Assembly: GCF_055900595.2 (NCBI RefSeq)
Contig: NZ_CM148325.1
DNA length: 64,000 nucleotides
Strand: one strand, 5' to 3'
This document shows, in pieces, positions 1 through 10,702 of the stretch (positions are counted from its first letter, which is position 1; the number at the start of each line of letters is the position of its first letter). The position numbers and the translations under genes were made by a program. Below the pieces are notes generated by a model. It had not been told where the DNA came from. It saw nothing but the letters and a program-made list of their open reading frames with translations, and ran no database searches.

Positions 1-38
1 TCCACACCCACAGGAAAATGTTGTCGAAAAGCGTGTAA
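1..38 (+). CDS. mrdB: 3' end of rod-shape peptidoglycan glycosyltransferase RodA (partial, 5' end off-window)
   Basis: Frame 3 reads ...HTHRKMLSKSV then TAA at 36-38, matching the RodA C-terminus as I recall it; the expected neighbour upstream of rlpA. Only ~11 codons visible. Confidence 0.5.
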   Translation, partial: HTHRKMLSKSV

Positions 39-48
39 GAGGTGCGCA

Positions 49-1137
49 ATGCGTAAGCAGTGGCTCGGGATCTGCATCGCGGCAGGAATGCTCGCGGCAT
101 GTACAAGCGATGATGGTCAGCAACAGACGGTAAGTGTACCGCAGCCTGCGGTATGTAACGGCCCCATAGTTGAAATTAGCGGGGCGGACCCGCGTTTCGA
201 ACCACTGAACGCGACGGCAAATCAGGATTACCAGCGCGACGGTAAAAGCTACAAAATCGTGCAGGATCCGTCTCGATTTAGCCAGGCGGGACTGGCGGCA
301 ATCTATGATGCCGAACCCGGCAGTAACCTGACGGCCTCTGGCGAAGCATTCGATCCGACACAGCTGACAGCGGCCCATCCAACGCTTCCGATCCCCAGCT
401 ACGCCAGAATCACTAACCTGGCTAACGGGCGAATGATCGTGGTGCGCATTAATGATCGCGGTCCTTACGGCAACGACCGCGTTATTTCGCTTTCTCGCGC
501 GGCAGCTGACCGTCTTAACACGTCAAACAACACCAAAGTTCGTATCGATCCGATTATTGTCGCCCAGGATGGTTCGCTTTCTGGTCCTGGTATGGCCTGT
601 ACCACAGTTGCCAAACAGACTTACGCCCTGCCTGCACCTCCCGATTTAAGCGGTGGCGCGGGAACAAGTTCAGTGTCTGGCCCGCAGGGTGACATTCTTC
701 CGGTCAGTAATTCGACGCTAAAAAGCGAAGATCCGACCGGCGCGCCGGTAACCAGCAGCGGTTTCCTCGGTGCACCAACGACGTTAGCGCCTGGTGTGCT
801 GGAAGGCAGCGAACCAACACCTGCGCCACAGCCCGTTGTTACAGCTCCCTCGACAACGCCTGCAACCTCGCCTGCAATGGTGACACCGCAAGCCGCCTCG
901 CAAAGCACTAGCGGCAACTTTATGGTGCAAGTTGGGGCCGTAAGCGATCAGGCGCGTGCGCAACAGTACCAACAGCAACTGGGACAGAAGTTCGGCGTCC
1001 CCGGTCGCGTAACTCAAAATGGCGCGGTCTGGCGGATCCAGCTTGGCCCATTCGCCAGCAAAGCCGAAGCCAGTACCTTGCAGCAACGTTTGCAAACCGA
1101 AGCCCAATTACAGTCATTTATTACCACCGCGCAGTAG
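49..1137 (+). CDS. rlpA: Septal ring lytic transglycosylase / rare lipoprotein A, with C-terminal SPOR domain
   Basis: 362-aa ORF; lipoprotein signal with lipobox LAAC; Pro/Thr/Ser-rich linker; recognised RlpA sequence. Confidence 0.93.
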   Translation: MRKQWLGICIAAGMLAACTSDDGQQQTVSVPQPAVCNGPIVEISGADPRFEPLNATANQDYQRDGKSYKIVQDPSRFSQAGLAAIYDAEPGSNLTASGEAFDPTQLTAAHPTLPIPSYARITNLANGRMIVVRINDRGPYGNDRVISLSRAAADRLNTSNNTKVRIDPIIVAQDGSLSGPGMACTTVAKQTYALPAPPDLSGGAGTSSVSGPQGDILPVSNSTLKSEDPTGAPVTSSGFLGAPTTLAPGVLEGSEPTPAPQPVVTAPSTTPATSPAMVTPQAASQSTSGNFMVQVGAVSDQARAQQYQQQLGQKFGVPGRVTQNGAVWRIQLGPFASKAEASTLQQRLQTEAQLQSFITTAQ

Positions 1138-1276
1138 CGTAAAGCAGGCATCTGATGTGTCAATTTCTGTAAATGACGTTAACAAAGTCACGCGGAAAGT
1201 CAGATGCCTGCCGGTAGTGCATTTGCTATAGTAGGGCACTTTTTTTAATTCCATCACGGATGTCGTAGTTCAGACC

Positions 1277-2488
1277 ATGAATACCATTTTTTCCGCTCGT
1301 ATCATGAAGCGCCTGGCGCTCACCACGGCTCTTTGCACAGCCTTTATCTCTGCTGCACATGCCGATGACCTGAATATCAAAACTATGATCCCGGGTGTAC
1401 CGCAGATCGATGCGGAGTCCTACATCCTGATTGACTATAACTCGGGCAAAGTGCTCGCCGAACAGAACGCAGATGTCCGCCGCGATCCTGCCAGCCTGAC
1501 CAAAATGATGACCAGTTACGTTATCGGCCAGGCAATGAAAGCCGGTAAATTTAAAGAAACTGATTTAGTCACCATCGGCAACGACGCATGGGCCACCGGT
1601 AACCCGGTATTTAAAGGTTCTTCGCTGATGTTCCTCAAACCGGGCATGCAGGTTCCGGTTTCTCAGCTGATCCGCGGTATTAACCTGCAATCGGGTAACG
1701 ATGCTTGCGTCGCCATGGCCGATTTTGCCGCTGGTAGCCAGGACGCTTTTGTTGGCTTGATGAACAGCTACGTTAACGCACTGGGCCTGAAAAACACTCA
1801 CTTCCAGACCGTGCACGGTCTCGACGCTGACGGTCAGTACAGCTCCGCGCGAGATATGGCGCTGATCGGCCAGGCGTTGATCCGTGACGTACCGAATGAA
1901 TACTCGATCTATAAAGAAAAAGAATTTACGTTTAACGGTATTCGCCAGCTGAACCGTAACGGCCTGTTATGGGATAACAGCCTGAATGTCGACGGCATCA
2001 AAACCGGACACACTGACAAAGCAGGTTACAACCTTGTTGCTTCTGCGACTGAAGGCCAGATGCGCTTGATCTCTGCGGTGATGGGCGGACGTACTTTTAA
2101 AGGCCGTGAAGCCGAAAGTAAAAAACTGCTAACCTGGGGCTTCCGTTTCTTCGAAACCGTTAACCCACTGAAAGTAGGTAAAGAGTTCGCCTCTGAACCG
2201 GTTTGGTTTGGTGATTCTGATCGCGCTTCGTTAGGTGTTGATAAAGACGTGTACCTGACCATTCCGCGTGGCCGCATGAAAGATCTGAAAGCCAGCTATG
2301 TGCTGAACAGCAGTGAATTGCATGCGCCGCTGCAAAAGAATCAGGTCGTCGGTACTATCAACTTCCAGCTTGATGGCAAAACGATTGAACAACGCCCGCT
2401 GGTTGTGCTGCAAGAAATCCCGGAAGGCAACTTCTTCGGCAAAATCATTGATTACATTAAGTTAATGTTCCATCACTGGTTTGGTTAA
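1277..2488 (+). CDS. dacA: D-alanyl-D-alanine carboxypeptidase PBP5
   Basis: 403-aa ORF, signal peptide, SLTK (SxxK) active-site motif, recognised DacA sequence. Confidence 0.95.
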
Positions 2489-2597
2489 AAATCGAACACT
2501 TGAAAGTGTGATTTCCGCCCCCATATACTAAGCATCAGTAAAAAACTCCCGCCTTCTGGCGGGAGTTGCTATTTAATTACGTTACGCCGGAGCTGAC

Positions 2598-2861
2598 ATG
2601 AAAACCAAACTTAACGAACTGCTTGAATTCCCTACTCCTTTTACTTACAAAGTTATGGGGCAGGCGTTACCTGAGCTGGTTGATCAGGTGGTTGAAGTGG
2701 TACAGCGCCATGCGCCAGGTGACTACACCCCAACGGTAAAACCAAGCAGCAAAGGCAACTACCACTCGGTATCTATCACTATCAACGCCACTCATATTGA
2801 GCAGGTTGAAACACTGTATGAAGAACTGGGCAAAATCGATATTGTCCGCATGGTTCTGTAA
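2598..2861 (+). CDS. ybeD: UPF0250 protein YbeD
   Basis: 87-aa ORF matching YbeD; conserved position upstream of lipB. Confidence 0.9.
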
Positions 2862-2961
2862 CTCGCGTATTCTTTACCCGGCCCCTGGTCGGGTAACTCC
2901 CCTCTCCTCGCTGTGATATACTTTTCCCCCACTTTTACTCATTCTCCACGGAGATGCCGTT

Positions 2962-3603
2962 TTGTATCAGGATAAAATTCTTGTCCGCCAGCTCGGTCTT
3001 CAGCCTTACGAGCCAATCTCCCAGGCTATGCATGAATTCACCGATACCCGCGATGAAAGTACTCTTGATGAAATCTGGCTGGTCGAGCACTATCCGGTAT
3101 TCACCCAAGGGCAGGCAGGAAAAGCGGAGCACATTTTAATGCCGGGCGATATTCCGGTGATCCAAAGCGATCGCGGTGGGCAGGTGACTTATCACGGGCC
3201 GGGGCAACAGGTGATGTATGTGTTGCTTAACCTGAAACGCCGTAAACTCGGTGTGCGTGAACTGGTGACCTTGCTCGAGCAAACAGTGGTGAATACCCTG
3301 GCTGAACTGGGTATAGAAGCACATCCTCGGGCTGACGCGCCTGGTGTCTATGTCGGGGAAAAGAAAATTTGCTCACTTGGCTTACGTATTCGGCGCGGTT
3401 GTTCATTCCACGGTCTGGCATTAAACGTCAATATGGATCTTTCGCCATTTTTACGTATTAATCCTTGTGGGTATGCCGGAATGGAAATGGCTAAAATATC
3501 ACAATGGAAACCCGAAGCGACAACTAATAATATTGCACCGCGTTTGCTAGAAAATATTTTAGTGCTACTAAACAATCCCGACTTCGAATATATTACCGCT
3601 TAA
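2962..3603 (+). CDS. lipB: Octanoyltransferase (lipoyl(octanoyl) transferase)
   Basis: 213-aa ORF beginning at TTG ([12 protein letters not shown]...), matches LipB, which is known to use a TTG start. Confidence 0.92.
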   Translation: MYQDKILVRQLGLQPYEPISQAMHEFTDTRDESTLDEIWLVEHYPVFTQGQAGKAEHILMPGDIPVIQSDRGGQVTYHGPGQQVMYVLLNLKRRKLGVRELVTLLEQTVVNTLAELGIEAHPRADAPGVYVGEKKICSLGLRIRRGCSFHGLALNVNMDLSPFLRINPCGYAGMEMAKISQWKPEATTNNIAPRLLENILVLLNNPDFEYITA

Positions 3604-3862
3604 TTACATACATCAATGGCCCAATTTACACTGGGTCATTACTCATAATACCTGCTAATGCTTTACTTCTCCTTCGCGTTTGTATATTTTCTTTATCACT
3701 TGCAGAAATGCGATGCAATGCTTCGCTCCGTAACTCACCCCATTGATTAACTTATTGAAATAGTTGACTATGGTGAGCAAAAGCGTTCCATTCAAATTAG
3801 ATATAAGATTATTGTAATTTTTTTAAATATTATTTTTCCATGAATAAAATTGGAGTAAGTGC

Positions 3863-4816
3863 GTGGATAGTAATAATCAAATTGAACCCTGTTTAAGCAG
3901 AAAGTCGTCAGAAGGTAAACCACAAATATTTACAACCTTACGAAATATTGATCTTAACCTTCTGACTATTTTTGAAGCTGTGTATGTGCATAAAGGGATC
4001 GTTAATGCAGCGAAAGTGCTTAATCTGACACCCTCGGCAATCAGTCAGTCTATTCAGAAACTGCGCGTTATATTCCCTGACCCATTGTTTATTCGCAAAG
4101 GCCAGGGCGTCACTCCTACTGCATTTGCAATGCATTTGCATGAGTATATCAGTCAGGGCCTTGAATCCATTCTCGGCGCGCTGGATATCGAAGGAACCTA
4201 TGATAAGCAACGAACGATAACTATCGCGACCACCCCCTCGGTCGGAGCCCTGGTCCTTCCTGTCATCTATCGGGCGATTAAATCTCACTATCCGCAGCTT
4301 TTACTGCGCACCCCCCCCATCAGCGACGCGGAAAACCAACTCAGTCAGTTTCAAACCGATCTCATCATCGATAACATGTTTTGCACCAATCGTACGGTGC
4401 AACATCATGTTCTGTTCACCGACAATATGGTGTTAATTTGCCGCGAGGGAAATCCGCTACTCTCTTTAGAAGATGACAGAGAGACTATTGACAACGCTGC
4501 GCATATACTCCTGTTACCGGAAGGGCAAAATTTCAGCGGTCTGCGGCAGAGAGTTCAAGAGATGTTTCCGGACCGGCAAATCAGTTTCACCAGCTACAAC
4601 ATTTTGACAATCGCTGCACTGGTTGCCAACAGTGACATGTTAGCGATTATTCCCAGCCGTTTTTATAACCTGTTTAGCCGTTGCTGGCCGCTGGAAAAAC
4701 TGCCTTTTCCGTCCTTAAATGAGGAGCAAGTAGATTTCTCTATCCACTACAACAAATTCAGCCTGCGTGATCCCATCCTGCACGGGGTAATAGATGTTAT
4801 CCGTAATGCATTTTGA
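3863..4816 (+). CDS. ybeF: LysR-family transcriptional regulator YbeF
   Basis: 317-aa ORF with GTG start; N-terminal HTH (LTPSAISQSIQKLR); paralogous to YbdO later in the window. Confidence 0.85.
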   Translation: MDSNNQIEPCLSRKSSEGKPQIFTTLRNIDLNLLTIFEAVYVHKGIVNAAKVLNLTPSAISQSIQKLRVIFPDPLFIRKGQGVTPTAFAMHLHEYISQGLESILGALDIEGTYDKQRTITIATTPSVGALVLPVIYRAIKSHYPQLLLRTPPISDAENQLSQFQTDLIIDNMFCTNRTVQHHVLFTDNMVLICREGNPLLSLEDDRETIDNAAHILLLPEGQNFSGLRQRVQEMFPDRQISFTSYNILTIAALVANSDMLAIIPSRFYNLFSRCWPLEKLPFPSLNEEQVDFSIHYNKFSLRDPILHGVIDVIRNAF

Positions 4817-5024
4817 AAAAGTATTGTTACAGCCAGATCACAGCGAAGAACGAAAAAATGGCACAATCCAACAACAATTTTACATTTTCGCGACCGCTTT
4901 GGCTGCTTTCAGGTCCGTTTCAATGATATACTGCCAGTCGTTAATTCAAAAATAGTTGATAATTACAACAATCTATTGAATTGAAACGCTTTCCTTCGTA
5001 ATTCGCAACTGGAACACGCACGCT

Positions 5025-5990
5025 ATGAGTAAACCCATTGTGATGGAACGCGGTGTTAAATACCGCGATGCCGATAAGATGGCCCTTATCCCGGTTAAAA
5101 ACGTGGCAACAGAGCGCGAAGCCCTGCTGCGCAAGCCGGAATGGATGAAAATCAAGCTTCCAGCGGACTCTACACGTATCCAGGGCATCAAAGCCGCAAT
5201 GCGCAAAAATGGCCTGCATTCTGTCTGCGAGGAAGCCTCCTGCCCTAACCTGGCGGAATGCTTCAACCACGGCACAGCAACGTTTATGATCCTCGGCGCT
5301 ATTTGTACCCGCCGTTGTCCGTTCTGTGACGTTGCCCACGGTCGCCCGGTAGCTCCGGATGCCAATGAACCAGTGAAACTGGCGCAGACCATTGCCGATA
5401 TGGCGCTGCGTTATGTGGTTATCACCTCCGTTGACCGTGATGACCTGCGCGATGGCGGTGCCCAGCACTTTGCGGATTGCATTACTGCCATTCGGGAAAA
5501 AAGCCCGCAAATCAAAATTGAAACTCTGGTGCCGGATTTCCGCGGTCGTATGGATCGTGCTCTGGATATTCTGACCGCCACACCACCAGATGTGTTCAAC
5601 CATAACCTGGAAAACGTACCGCGTATTTACCGTCAGGTACGGCCTGGTGCAGATTACAACTGGTCGCTGAAGCTGCTGGAACGCTTTAAAGAAGCGCATC
5701 CGGAAATCCCGACCAAGTCTGGGCTGATGGTGGGTCTGGGTGAAACCAATGAAGAAATTATTGAGGTAATGCGCGACCTGCGCCGTCATGGTGTGACGAT
5801 GCTAACGCTGGGGCAATATTTGCAGCCAAGCCGCCATCACCTGCCGGTTCAACGTTACGTTAGCCCGGATGAGTTCGACGAAATGAAAGCCGAAGCGCTG
5901 GCGATGGGCTTTACCCATGCTGCATGCGGTCCGTTTGTCCGCTCGTCTTACCACGCCGATTTGCAGGCGAAAGGGATGGAAGTTAAGTAA
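5025..5990 (+). CDS. lipA: Lipoyl synthase (radical SAM)
   Basis: 321-aa ORF; CxxxCxxC radical-SAM motif (CTRRCPFC) and second Cys cluster ([12 protein letters not shown]). Confidence 0.96.
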
Positions 5991-6020
5991 TCCTGTAATA
6001 ATTACTTACATCTGTCTGAT

Positions 6021-6051
6021 AAAAAACCCGCTTTTTGAAGCGGGTTTTTTG
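6021..6051. terminator. Bidirectional rho-independent terminator between convergent lipA and tatE
   Basis: aaaaaacccgctttttgaagcgggtttttt: GC stem flanked by A-run and T-run. Confidence 0.75.
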
Positions 6052-6090
6052 TATCGAACAAGATATTGAGGGAGCGTCCTGCTCGCCACG

Positions 6091-6294
6091 TCACTCTTTA
6101 TGAGAGAGCTTTTCAGCCTGAAGATCAACGTCTGCGCCTTTTTTCGCCGCAGCATCGTCATCATTCATCGCCTTCTTGAACCCTTTAATGGCCGCTCCAA
6201 GGTCTCCGCCCAGCGTACGTAACTTCTTAGTCCCAAACAGCAGAACGACCAGCGCCGCAACCACCAGCAGTTTGGTAATACTAATCTCACCCAT
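6091..6294 (-). CDS. tatE: Sec-independent protein translocase component TatE
   Basis: 67-aa [36 protein letters not shown]..., TatA/E family. Confidence 0.93.
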   Translation of the reverse strand: MGEISITKLLVVAALVVLLFGTKKLRTLGGDLGAAIKGFKKAMNDDDAAAKKGADVDLQAEKLSHKE

Positions 6295-6422
6295 AGATAC
6301 CTTCTTGACATATAACCGGCAACAGAACGCGCCTTAAAAACCAGAGAATATTAACGGTCATTCGACGCGCGCACACAATAGCAATCTGTAACAAGGTGAA
6401 TCAAGCGCCGAGTAAAAAAACA

Positions 6423-7211
6423 TCATAATAATTGCGGCGGCGCAAAGCGACGGTTGTTTAAGACGGGCAGTTGCGCGCGCACCTGACGCACACGTTCGGG
6501 CGTCACTTCCGCCATAATGAGTGCAGGCATTTCTGACGCTGCCGCAATGGTGACGCCAAAGGGATCTATAATCCGGCTTTGCCCGATATTTTTGTTCCCG
6601 CACTCCCCCGCCGCCACCATATAACAGGTGGTATCCAGCGCACGAGCGGCAAGCAACGTTGACCAGTGATGCTCTTTGAGCGGCCCGCGAACCCAGGCGG
6701 CAGGAAGTACCAGAATTTCAGCTCCCTGTAATGCCTGTGCCAGCGCCAGCTCTGGAAAGCGTAAGTCATAACAGGTCATCAGACCGACCTTCATCCCTTC
6801 CACCTCCAGTAACGGAGCTATTTCATTACCAGCATCAACATGGCGTGATTCCTGAATGGCAAATGCATCATAGAGATGCAGTTTGGCATAACGGGCGACG
6901 ATGTTTCCTGCCTGTAGCGCCACCAGCATATTCCATGCGCGCCCCGGCGTTGAAGGAACATGAATCGTCAGAATTGTCGTCATCATGTTACGTTTACTTT
7001 CTCGCCGTAAACGTCCGAGAAATTCGCCTTCCAGCAGCTGTGCTGATTTAACCGATAGATCTGCATCATGATCATCACGCGCCAACAATGCTTCCGGCAG
7101 GACAAACAGCGAAACGTCGTTTTCCGCCGCCTGCGCCATCAACGAGGCACAAATCTCAGCGTTCTTTTCCCACACAGATGTAACAGCAAACTGTCCTGCG
7201 GCAACCAGCAT
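6423..7211 (-). CDS. ybeM: Carbon-nitrogen hydrolase (nitrilase superfamily; deaminated glutathione amidase-like), apparently intact
   Basis: ORF 6423..7217 starts at GTG; preferred start is the ATG at 7209-7211, preceded by GGAGGAG with a 6-nt spacer (262 aa). Nitrilase-like catalytic Cys context ([10 protein letters not shown]). Confidence 0.8.
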   Translation of the reverse strand: MLVAAGQFAVTSVWEKNAEICASLMAQAAENDVSLFVLPEALLARDDHDADLSVKSAQLLEGEFLGRLRRESKRNMMTTILTIHVPSTPGRAWNMLVALQAGNIVARYAKLHLYDAFAIQESRHVDAGNEIAPLLEVEGMKVGLMTCYDLRFPELALAQALQGAEILVLPAAWVRGPLKEHHWSTLLAARALDTTCYMVAAGECGNKNIGQSRIIDPFGVTIAAASEMPALIMAEVTPERVRQVRAQLPVLNNRRFAPPQLL

Positions 7212-7306
7212 TGCCACCTCCTCCTGTCAGAGTCGTAAAATTCGCCAACGGCGATTATTCGGCGTTACACTTATCACTCATACAAATCAAATAGCAGGAT
7301 TTTGCA

Positions 7307-7690
7307 GTGTTACAACTTCTTTTAGCAGTTTTTATTGGCGGTGGTACGGGAAGCGTGGCGAGATGGCTGTTAAGTATGCGATTTAACCCGCTGCATCAGG
7401 CGATTCCGTTGGGGACGCTGGCTGCAAACCTGATTGGGGCATTCATCATAGGAATGGGATTCGCCTGGTTTAGCAGGATGACGAACATTGATCCAGTGTG
7501 GAAAGTATTAATCACCACCGGATTTTGTGGCGGTCTAACAACCTTCTCAACATTTTCGGCAGAAGTGGTGTTTTTGTTACAAGAGGGCCGCTTTGGCTGG
7601 GCATTACTGAACGTTTTCGTCAACCTTCTGGGGTCTTTTGCCATGACCGCACTGGCTTTCTGGCTGTTTTCGGCCTCAACCGCACACTAA
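7307..7690 (+). CDS. crcB: Fluoride-specific ion channel CrcB/FluC
   Basis: 127-aa hydrophobic ORF with GTG start, matches CrcB. Confidence 0.9.
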
Positions 7691-7695
7691 AGACC

Positions 7696-7724
7696 AAAAA
7701 AAACCCGCTGATTAAGCGGGTTTT
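7696..7724. terminator. Bidirectional rho-independent terminator between convergent crcB and cspE
   Basis: aaaaaaacccgctgattaagcgggtttt hairpin with flanking A-run and T-run. Confidence 0.75.
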
Positions 7725-7743
7725 GAATTCTTGCTGACGTATC

Positions 7744-7953
7744 TTACAGAGCGATTACGTTTGCAGCAGAAGGGCCTTTGGCACCGTTAGTGATTTCGAA
7801 CTCTACGCGCTGACCTTCAGCAAGAGTTTTAAAACCATTAGTCTGGATTGCAGAGAAGTGTACGAACACGTCTTTGCTGCCGTCTTCCGGAGTAATGAAA
7901 CCGAATCCTTTGGACTCATTAAACCACTTAACGTTACCTTTAATCTTAGACAT
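7744..7953 (-). CDS. cspE: Cold-shock-domain protein CspE
   Basis: Supplied ORF is 97 aa from TTG; the internal ATG at 7951-7953 gives the 69-aa [33 protein letters not shown]... CspE sequence with RNP1 motif KGFGFI. Confidence 0.95.
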
Positions 7954-8127
7954 CAAAATTACCTTTACATGAAAAATAGACACAAATGCTGTGTCGGTTA
8001 CCAGTACACCAATTGTGGTACGCTTTGTCCAGTGCAACTTTACTAAAAAGTGATAAAAGTCGCGTTATTTTTGATGTTAATTATTTTAGTCATTGATTTT
8101 AAAGAAGTTACTAAAATTTCATTTGTC

Positions 8128-8688
8128 TCAAAACTGAAAGCGCATCCAGGCAAAGTACACATTGCCATTGTTATAGGTACCCGGAATGTAGGTCATCTGA
8201 AAAGTCACTGGACCATAACCCACAGAGGCCAATGGCAGTAGAACCGGGAGAGGGATGTAATTCCAGTTATCGCGTGCCGTTACGCCAGCGGTGAATCCCA
8301 GTCCTAAATGAAAATTTTCATCCGCCAGCGGTCGCCAGGTACTTTCCCATCCGTATCCGGCAATCGGTTCCCATTTGTTCCACGAGTCCTTAAATGCCAT
8401 GGCATACAGGCCATGCCAGTTTCCTTTTTCATCCCAACGCGACTGACCAAAACCGCCCCCCCACGGTCGCTCGTTATAGCGATCGGTTTTTTCTTTGTCG
8501 TAAGCGAAACGAGCATGCCAGGTGATGGCAGGAATATATAAATCATAATGTTCAGGCTGTTGCCAGGTTTGTGTAATATTTTCTCCAAACGTTGTCATCC
8601 ACTCATCTGCGTTAGCTAAAACTTTACCAACGCTGATTAACTGAATAAAAACAAAGGAAAATATAGCGACATATTTACTCACGTTCAT
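8128..8688 (-). CDS. pagP: Lipid A palmitoyltransferase PagP (outer-membrane beta-barrel)
   Basis: ORF trimmed to the internal ATG at 8686-8688 ([12 protein letters not shown]..., 186 aa), matching PagP/CrcA. Confidence 0.92.
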   Translation of the reverse strand: MNVSKYVAIFSFVFIQLISVGKVLANADEWMTTFGENITQTWQQPEHYDLYIPAITWHARFAYDKEKTDRYNERPWGGGFGQSRWDEKGNWHGLYAMAFKDSWNKWEPIAGYGWESTWRPLADENFHLGLGFTAGVTARDNWNYIPLPVLLPLASVGYGPVTFQMTYIPGTYNNGNVYFAWMRFQF

Positions 8689-9173
8689 TTGTGACCATAA
8701 AACATTTATCAAAAATCTACTACTAGCATAGCAAAACTACAATTAACATAACCTTAATAGACCCAACATGAAGAATAATCTGAATAGCTGCTCTATTTAT
8801 TTCCGCTTGTTCAAGTTAAATATTTCCGCGCATCGATTAAAGATGATGCGTCGTTTTCTGCGATGGGAATAGTCAAAAAAGAAAAACCAAGTCTTTTTTG
8901 ATGACAAAATGCAATCAAAGAAAAATTATTTTATTTTTTAACTAGATACAACAATCATCTTAACGAAGTATATAATATATATCGTCAACCCATGCTCATG
9001 GTAGATTATTTTATGAGCACACAACCGCAGCTAACACCATTGCAATTAACAAATTTGCATCAATCCACCATCAATTTACACACATTATTATGTGATAATT
9101 GCCAACCGCTAAATATGCGTTTTGTTATCTATGTATAAAAACAGCAACTTCAATGTCTTAATGGCAGTTTTTC

Positions 9174-9187
9174 TTGATTTTAATCAG
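9174..9187. promoter_or_regulatory. Putative FNR box upstream of dcuC
   Basis: TTGATtttaATCAg matches 9 of 10 positions of the FNR consensus TTGAT-N4-ATCAA, centred ~96 bp upstream of the dcuC ATG; dcuC is known to be anaerobically induced. Confidence 0.5.
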
Positions 9188-9276
9188 CATTCACCGCCAA
9201 TTTATTGGGCATATTTTTTCCTTAAGCTTTAGGAATTTTTTATTATTTACCTTGGGGCCTGGAGACAGGAAAAATT

Positions 9277-10662
9277 ATGCTGACATTCATTGAACTCCTT
9301 ATTGGGGTTGTGGTTATTGTGGGTGTAGCTCGCTACATCATTAAAGGGTATTCCGCCACCGGCGTGTTATTTGTCGGTGGCCTGTTATTGCTGATTATCA
9401 GTGCCATTATGGGGCACAAAGTGTTACCGTCCAGCCAGGCTTCAACAGGCTACAGCGCCACGGATATCGTTGAATACGTTAAAATATTGCTAATGAGCCG
9501 CGGCGGCGACCTCGGCATGATGATTATGATGCTGTGTGGCTTTGCCGCTTACATGACCCATATCGGCGCGAATGATATGGTGGTCAAGCTGGCGTCAAAA
9601 CCATTGCAGTATATTAACTCCCCTTACCTGCTGATGATTGCCGCCTATTTTGTCGCCTGTCTGATGTCTCTGGCCGTCTCTTCCGCAACCGGTCTGGGTG
9701 TTTTGCTGATGGCAACCCTGTTTCCGGTGATGGTAAACGTTGGTATCAGTCGTGGCGCAGCAGCTGCAATTTGTGCCTCTCCAGCGGCGATTATTCTTGC
9801 ACCGACTTCAGGGGATGTGGTGCTGGCGGCGCAGGCTTCCGAAATGTCGCTGATTGATTTCGCCTTCAAAACGACGCTGCCTATCTCGATTGCTGCGATT
9901 ATCGGCATGGCGATCGCCCACTTCTTCTGGCAACGTTATCTGGATAAAAAAGAGCACATCTCTCATGAAATGTTAGATGTCAGTGAAATCACCACCACTG
10001 CCCCTGCGTTTTACGCCATTCTGCCGTTCACGCCGATCATCGGAGTACTGATTTTTGACGGCAAATGGGGTCCGCAATTACACATCATCACAATTCTGGT
10101 GATCTGTATGCTGATTGCCTCCATTCTGGAGTTCATTCGCAGCTTTAATACTCAGAAAGTGTTCTCGGGCCTGGAAGTGGCTTATCGCGGGATGGCAGAT
10201 GCGTTTGCTAACGTGGTGATGCTGCTGGTTGCCGCTGGGGTATTCGCTCAGGGGCTTAGCACCATCGGCTTTATTCAAAGTCTGATTTCTATCGCCACTT
10301 CGTTTGGTTCGGCGAGTATCATCCTGATGCTGGTATTGGTGATCCTGACAATGCTGGCAGCAGTCACGACCGGTTCAGGCAATGCGCCGTTTTATGCGTT
10401 TGTTGAGATGATCCCGAAACTGGCGCACTCTTCCGGCATTAACCCGGCGTATTTGACTATCCCAATGCTGCAGGCGTCAAACCTCGGTCGTACCCTGTCA
10501 CCCGTTTCTGGCGTAGTCGTTGCGGTTGCCGGGATGGCGAAAATCTCACCATTTGAAGTCGTAAAACGCACCTCGGTGCCGGTGCTTGTTGGGCTGGTGA
10601 TTGTTATCGTTGCTACAGAGCTGATGGTGCCAGGAACGGCAGCCGCGGTAACAGGCAAGTAA
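9277..10662 (+). CDS. dcuC: Anaerobic C4-dicarboxylate transporter DcuC
   Basis: 461-aa polytopic membrane ORF matching DcuC; intact. Confidence 0.93.
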   Translation: MLTFIELLIGVVVIVGVARYIIKGYSATGVLFVGGLLLLIISAIMGHKVLPSSQASTGYSATDIVEYVKILLMSRGGDLGMMIMMLCGFAAYMTHIGANDMVVKLASKPLQYINSPYLLMIAAYFVACLMSLAVSSATGLGVLLMATLFPVMVNVGISRGAAAAICASPAAIILAPTSGDVVLAAQASEMSLIDFAFKTTLPISIAAIIGMAIAHFFWQRYLDKKEHISHEMLDVSEITTTAPAFYAILPFTPIIGVLIFDGKWGPQLHIITILVICMLIASILEFIRSFNTQKVFSGLEVAYRGMADAFANVVMLLVAAGVFAQGLSTIGFIQSLISIATSFGSASIILMLVLVILTMLAAVTTGSGNAPFYAFVEMIPKLAHSSGINPAYLTIPMLQASNLGRTLSPVSGVVVAVAGMAKISPFEVVKRTSVPVLVGLVIVIVATELMVPGTAAAVTGK

Positions 10663-10702
10663 ATAGTCATGCCGGAGGCAAGCTTCCTCCGGCTTTATCA
10701 TG

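Noticed and set aside
4941-5789. 282-aa minus-strand ORF overlapping lipA, and similar long antisense ORFs inside citF (15849..16703), ahpF (22847..23515), cstA (32879..33547), entF (45783..46331) and cusA (62689..63363)
   Set aside because: Each lies entirely antisense to a confidently identified, conserved gene. GC-rich coding DNA routinely yields long spurious antisense frames, and none has a recognisable RBS or a familiar protein sequence.
9013-9138. 41-codon ORF (MSTQPQLTPLQLTNLHQSTINLHTLL...) in the pagP-dcuC spacer
   Set aside because: No convincing RBS, low-complexity composition, and it sits in a region expected to hold promoter and regulatory sites; kept only as a note in the findings.
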